The notes beneath the pieces are model-generated. The model saw nothing but the letters and a program-made list of their open reading frames with translations, had not been told where the DNA came from and did not search any database. DNA of 36,062 nt, taken from the IMG/VR virus record IMGVR_UViG_3300048575_000373, positions 1 to 36,062 of that record; one strand, given 5' to 3'. The position numbers and the translations under genes were made by a program. Below, one piece after another: positions 35,432-36,062 of the stretch; within the stretch, counting starts at the first letter, position 1, and each line of letters opens with the position of its first letter. The DNA is from a virus. Taxonomy: Duplodnaviria; Caudoviricetes.

Positions 35432-36062
35432 AATAAGCCACATTGCTATAGCGGCGCTGACGCTTGCATTATTAATCAGCATTGTAACCTGCCGCCGCCA
35501 TGTAGCAAAAGAGCGGCATACACAGGCTGTTTTAGACACTACACTGGCTGCCTTTAAAGTGATCAAGAATAAGGCCGGACAGCAGGTTGTAGAGCAGCAA
35601 CCTGCGCAATTCACAAATGGGAAGCCTTTAAAGCAAGCCAGCGCTGCGGCTTTTAATTTGCCAAAAGCAGAAGAAAGGAAGATAAAAAGCGTAGACCATT
35701 TTGTGCAGATTGAGCAGCATTTAAGCGTGGAAAATGATAGTACGCCTGTTGAAATCTCTGATTCTGTCTTTTCCTTCAGATTTGACCGGCCGAACTATAA
35801 AGTAACAGGCCGCGTGTATAGAACAATGAGCTTCCTGGATAGTTTGGCTGTGTATAATACAATATCATTACGCTTTGCTGATAAGAAGACCGGGCTATTT
35901 AAAAGAGAGCTGGTAGTACAGGCGGTTAACAGCAATCCGTATGTTATTAACACTGGGATACAAAGCATGACTGTAGAGCAGCGGCCTACGATTTGGAATC
36001 AATACATTAAACCTGCTTTATTTGCCGCTGGAGGTTTTGCGGCTGGGAGAGCATTAAAGTAA
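35421..36062 (+). CDS. Membrane-anchored protein, possible spanin-like lysis accessory
   Basis: N-terminal hydrophobic helix and C-terminal hydrophobic tail; end of the late operon. Confidence 0.5.
   Translation: MKIKISHIAIAALTLALLISIVTCRRHVAKERHTQAVLDTTLAAFKVIKNKAGQQVVEQQPAQFTNGKPLKQASAAAFNLPKAEERKIKSVDHFVQIEQHLSVENDSTPVEISDSVFSFRFDRPNYKVTGRVYRTMSFLDSLAVYNTISLRFADKKTGLFKRELVVQAVNSNPYVINTGIQSMTVEQRPTIWNQYIKPALFAAGGFAAGRALK

Larger units (their letters stand above)
1..36062. mobile_element. Mu-like transposable prophage (contractile tail), probably Bacteroidota host; ends not included
   Basis: Repressor-Cro-transposase-ATPase order, MuF/gp29/gp36/gpG-like head genes, sheath/tube/tape measure/baseplate genes. 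No host genes seen. Confidence 0.95.

Noticed and set aside
1-36062. Mu att ends, invertible tail segment, mom gene
   Set aside because: The window starts and ends at stop codons; no terminal repeats, invertase or DNA-modification gene were recognised.

Overview
The window is a near-complete Mu-like (transposable) myovirus prophage, most likely from a Bacteroidota host. That host call rests on TAnnTTTG-type promoters, A-rich leaders without Shine-Dalgarno sites, and the gene families present. The att ends are not in the window. Gene order is: S24 repressor / Cro-like switch, MuA-like DDE transposase, MuB-like ATPase, early genes, a diversity-generating retroelement (DGR), antirepressor module, Mor-like activator, a minus-strand head/packaging operon, and a plus-strand protease/capsid/contractile tail/lysis operon. 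The main finding is a complete DGR in the early region with no recognisable avd gene. One template repeat (9643-9715) matches two variable repeats in two tandem small non-structural paralogues, with 11 of 11 mismatches at template adenines in each; no VR was seen in the tail fibre. A third paralogue next to the genetic switch carries an orphan VR-like tract that does not match the local template. Other observations are three tRNA-like non-coding elements flanking the transposase, a MuF head protein with a PD-(D/E)xK toxin-like tail faced by a candidate small RNA rather than an immunity gene, a c4/CI-like antisense leader on the antirepressor, and a repeated hairpin motif in the early operon. 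Family assignments come from motif recognition by eye; no searches were run.
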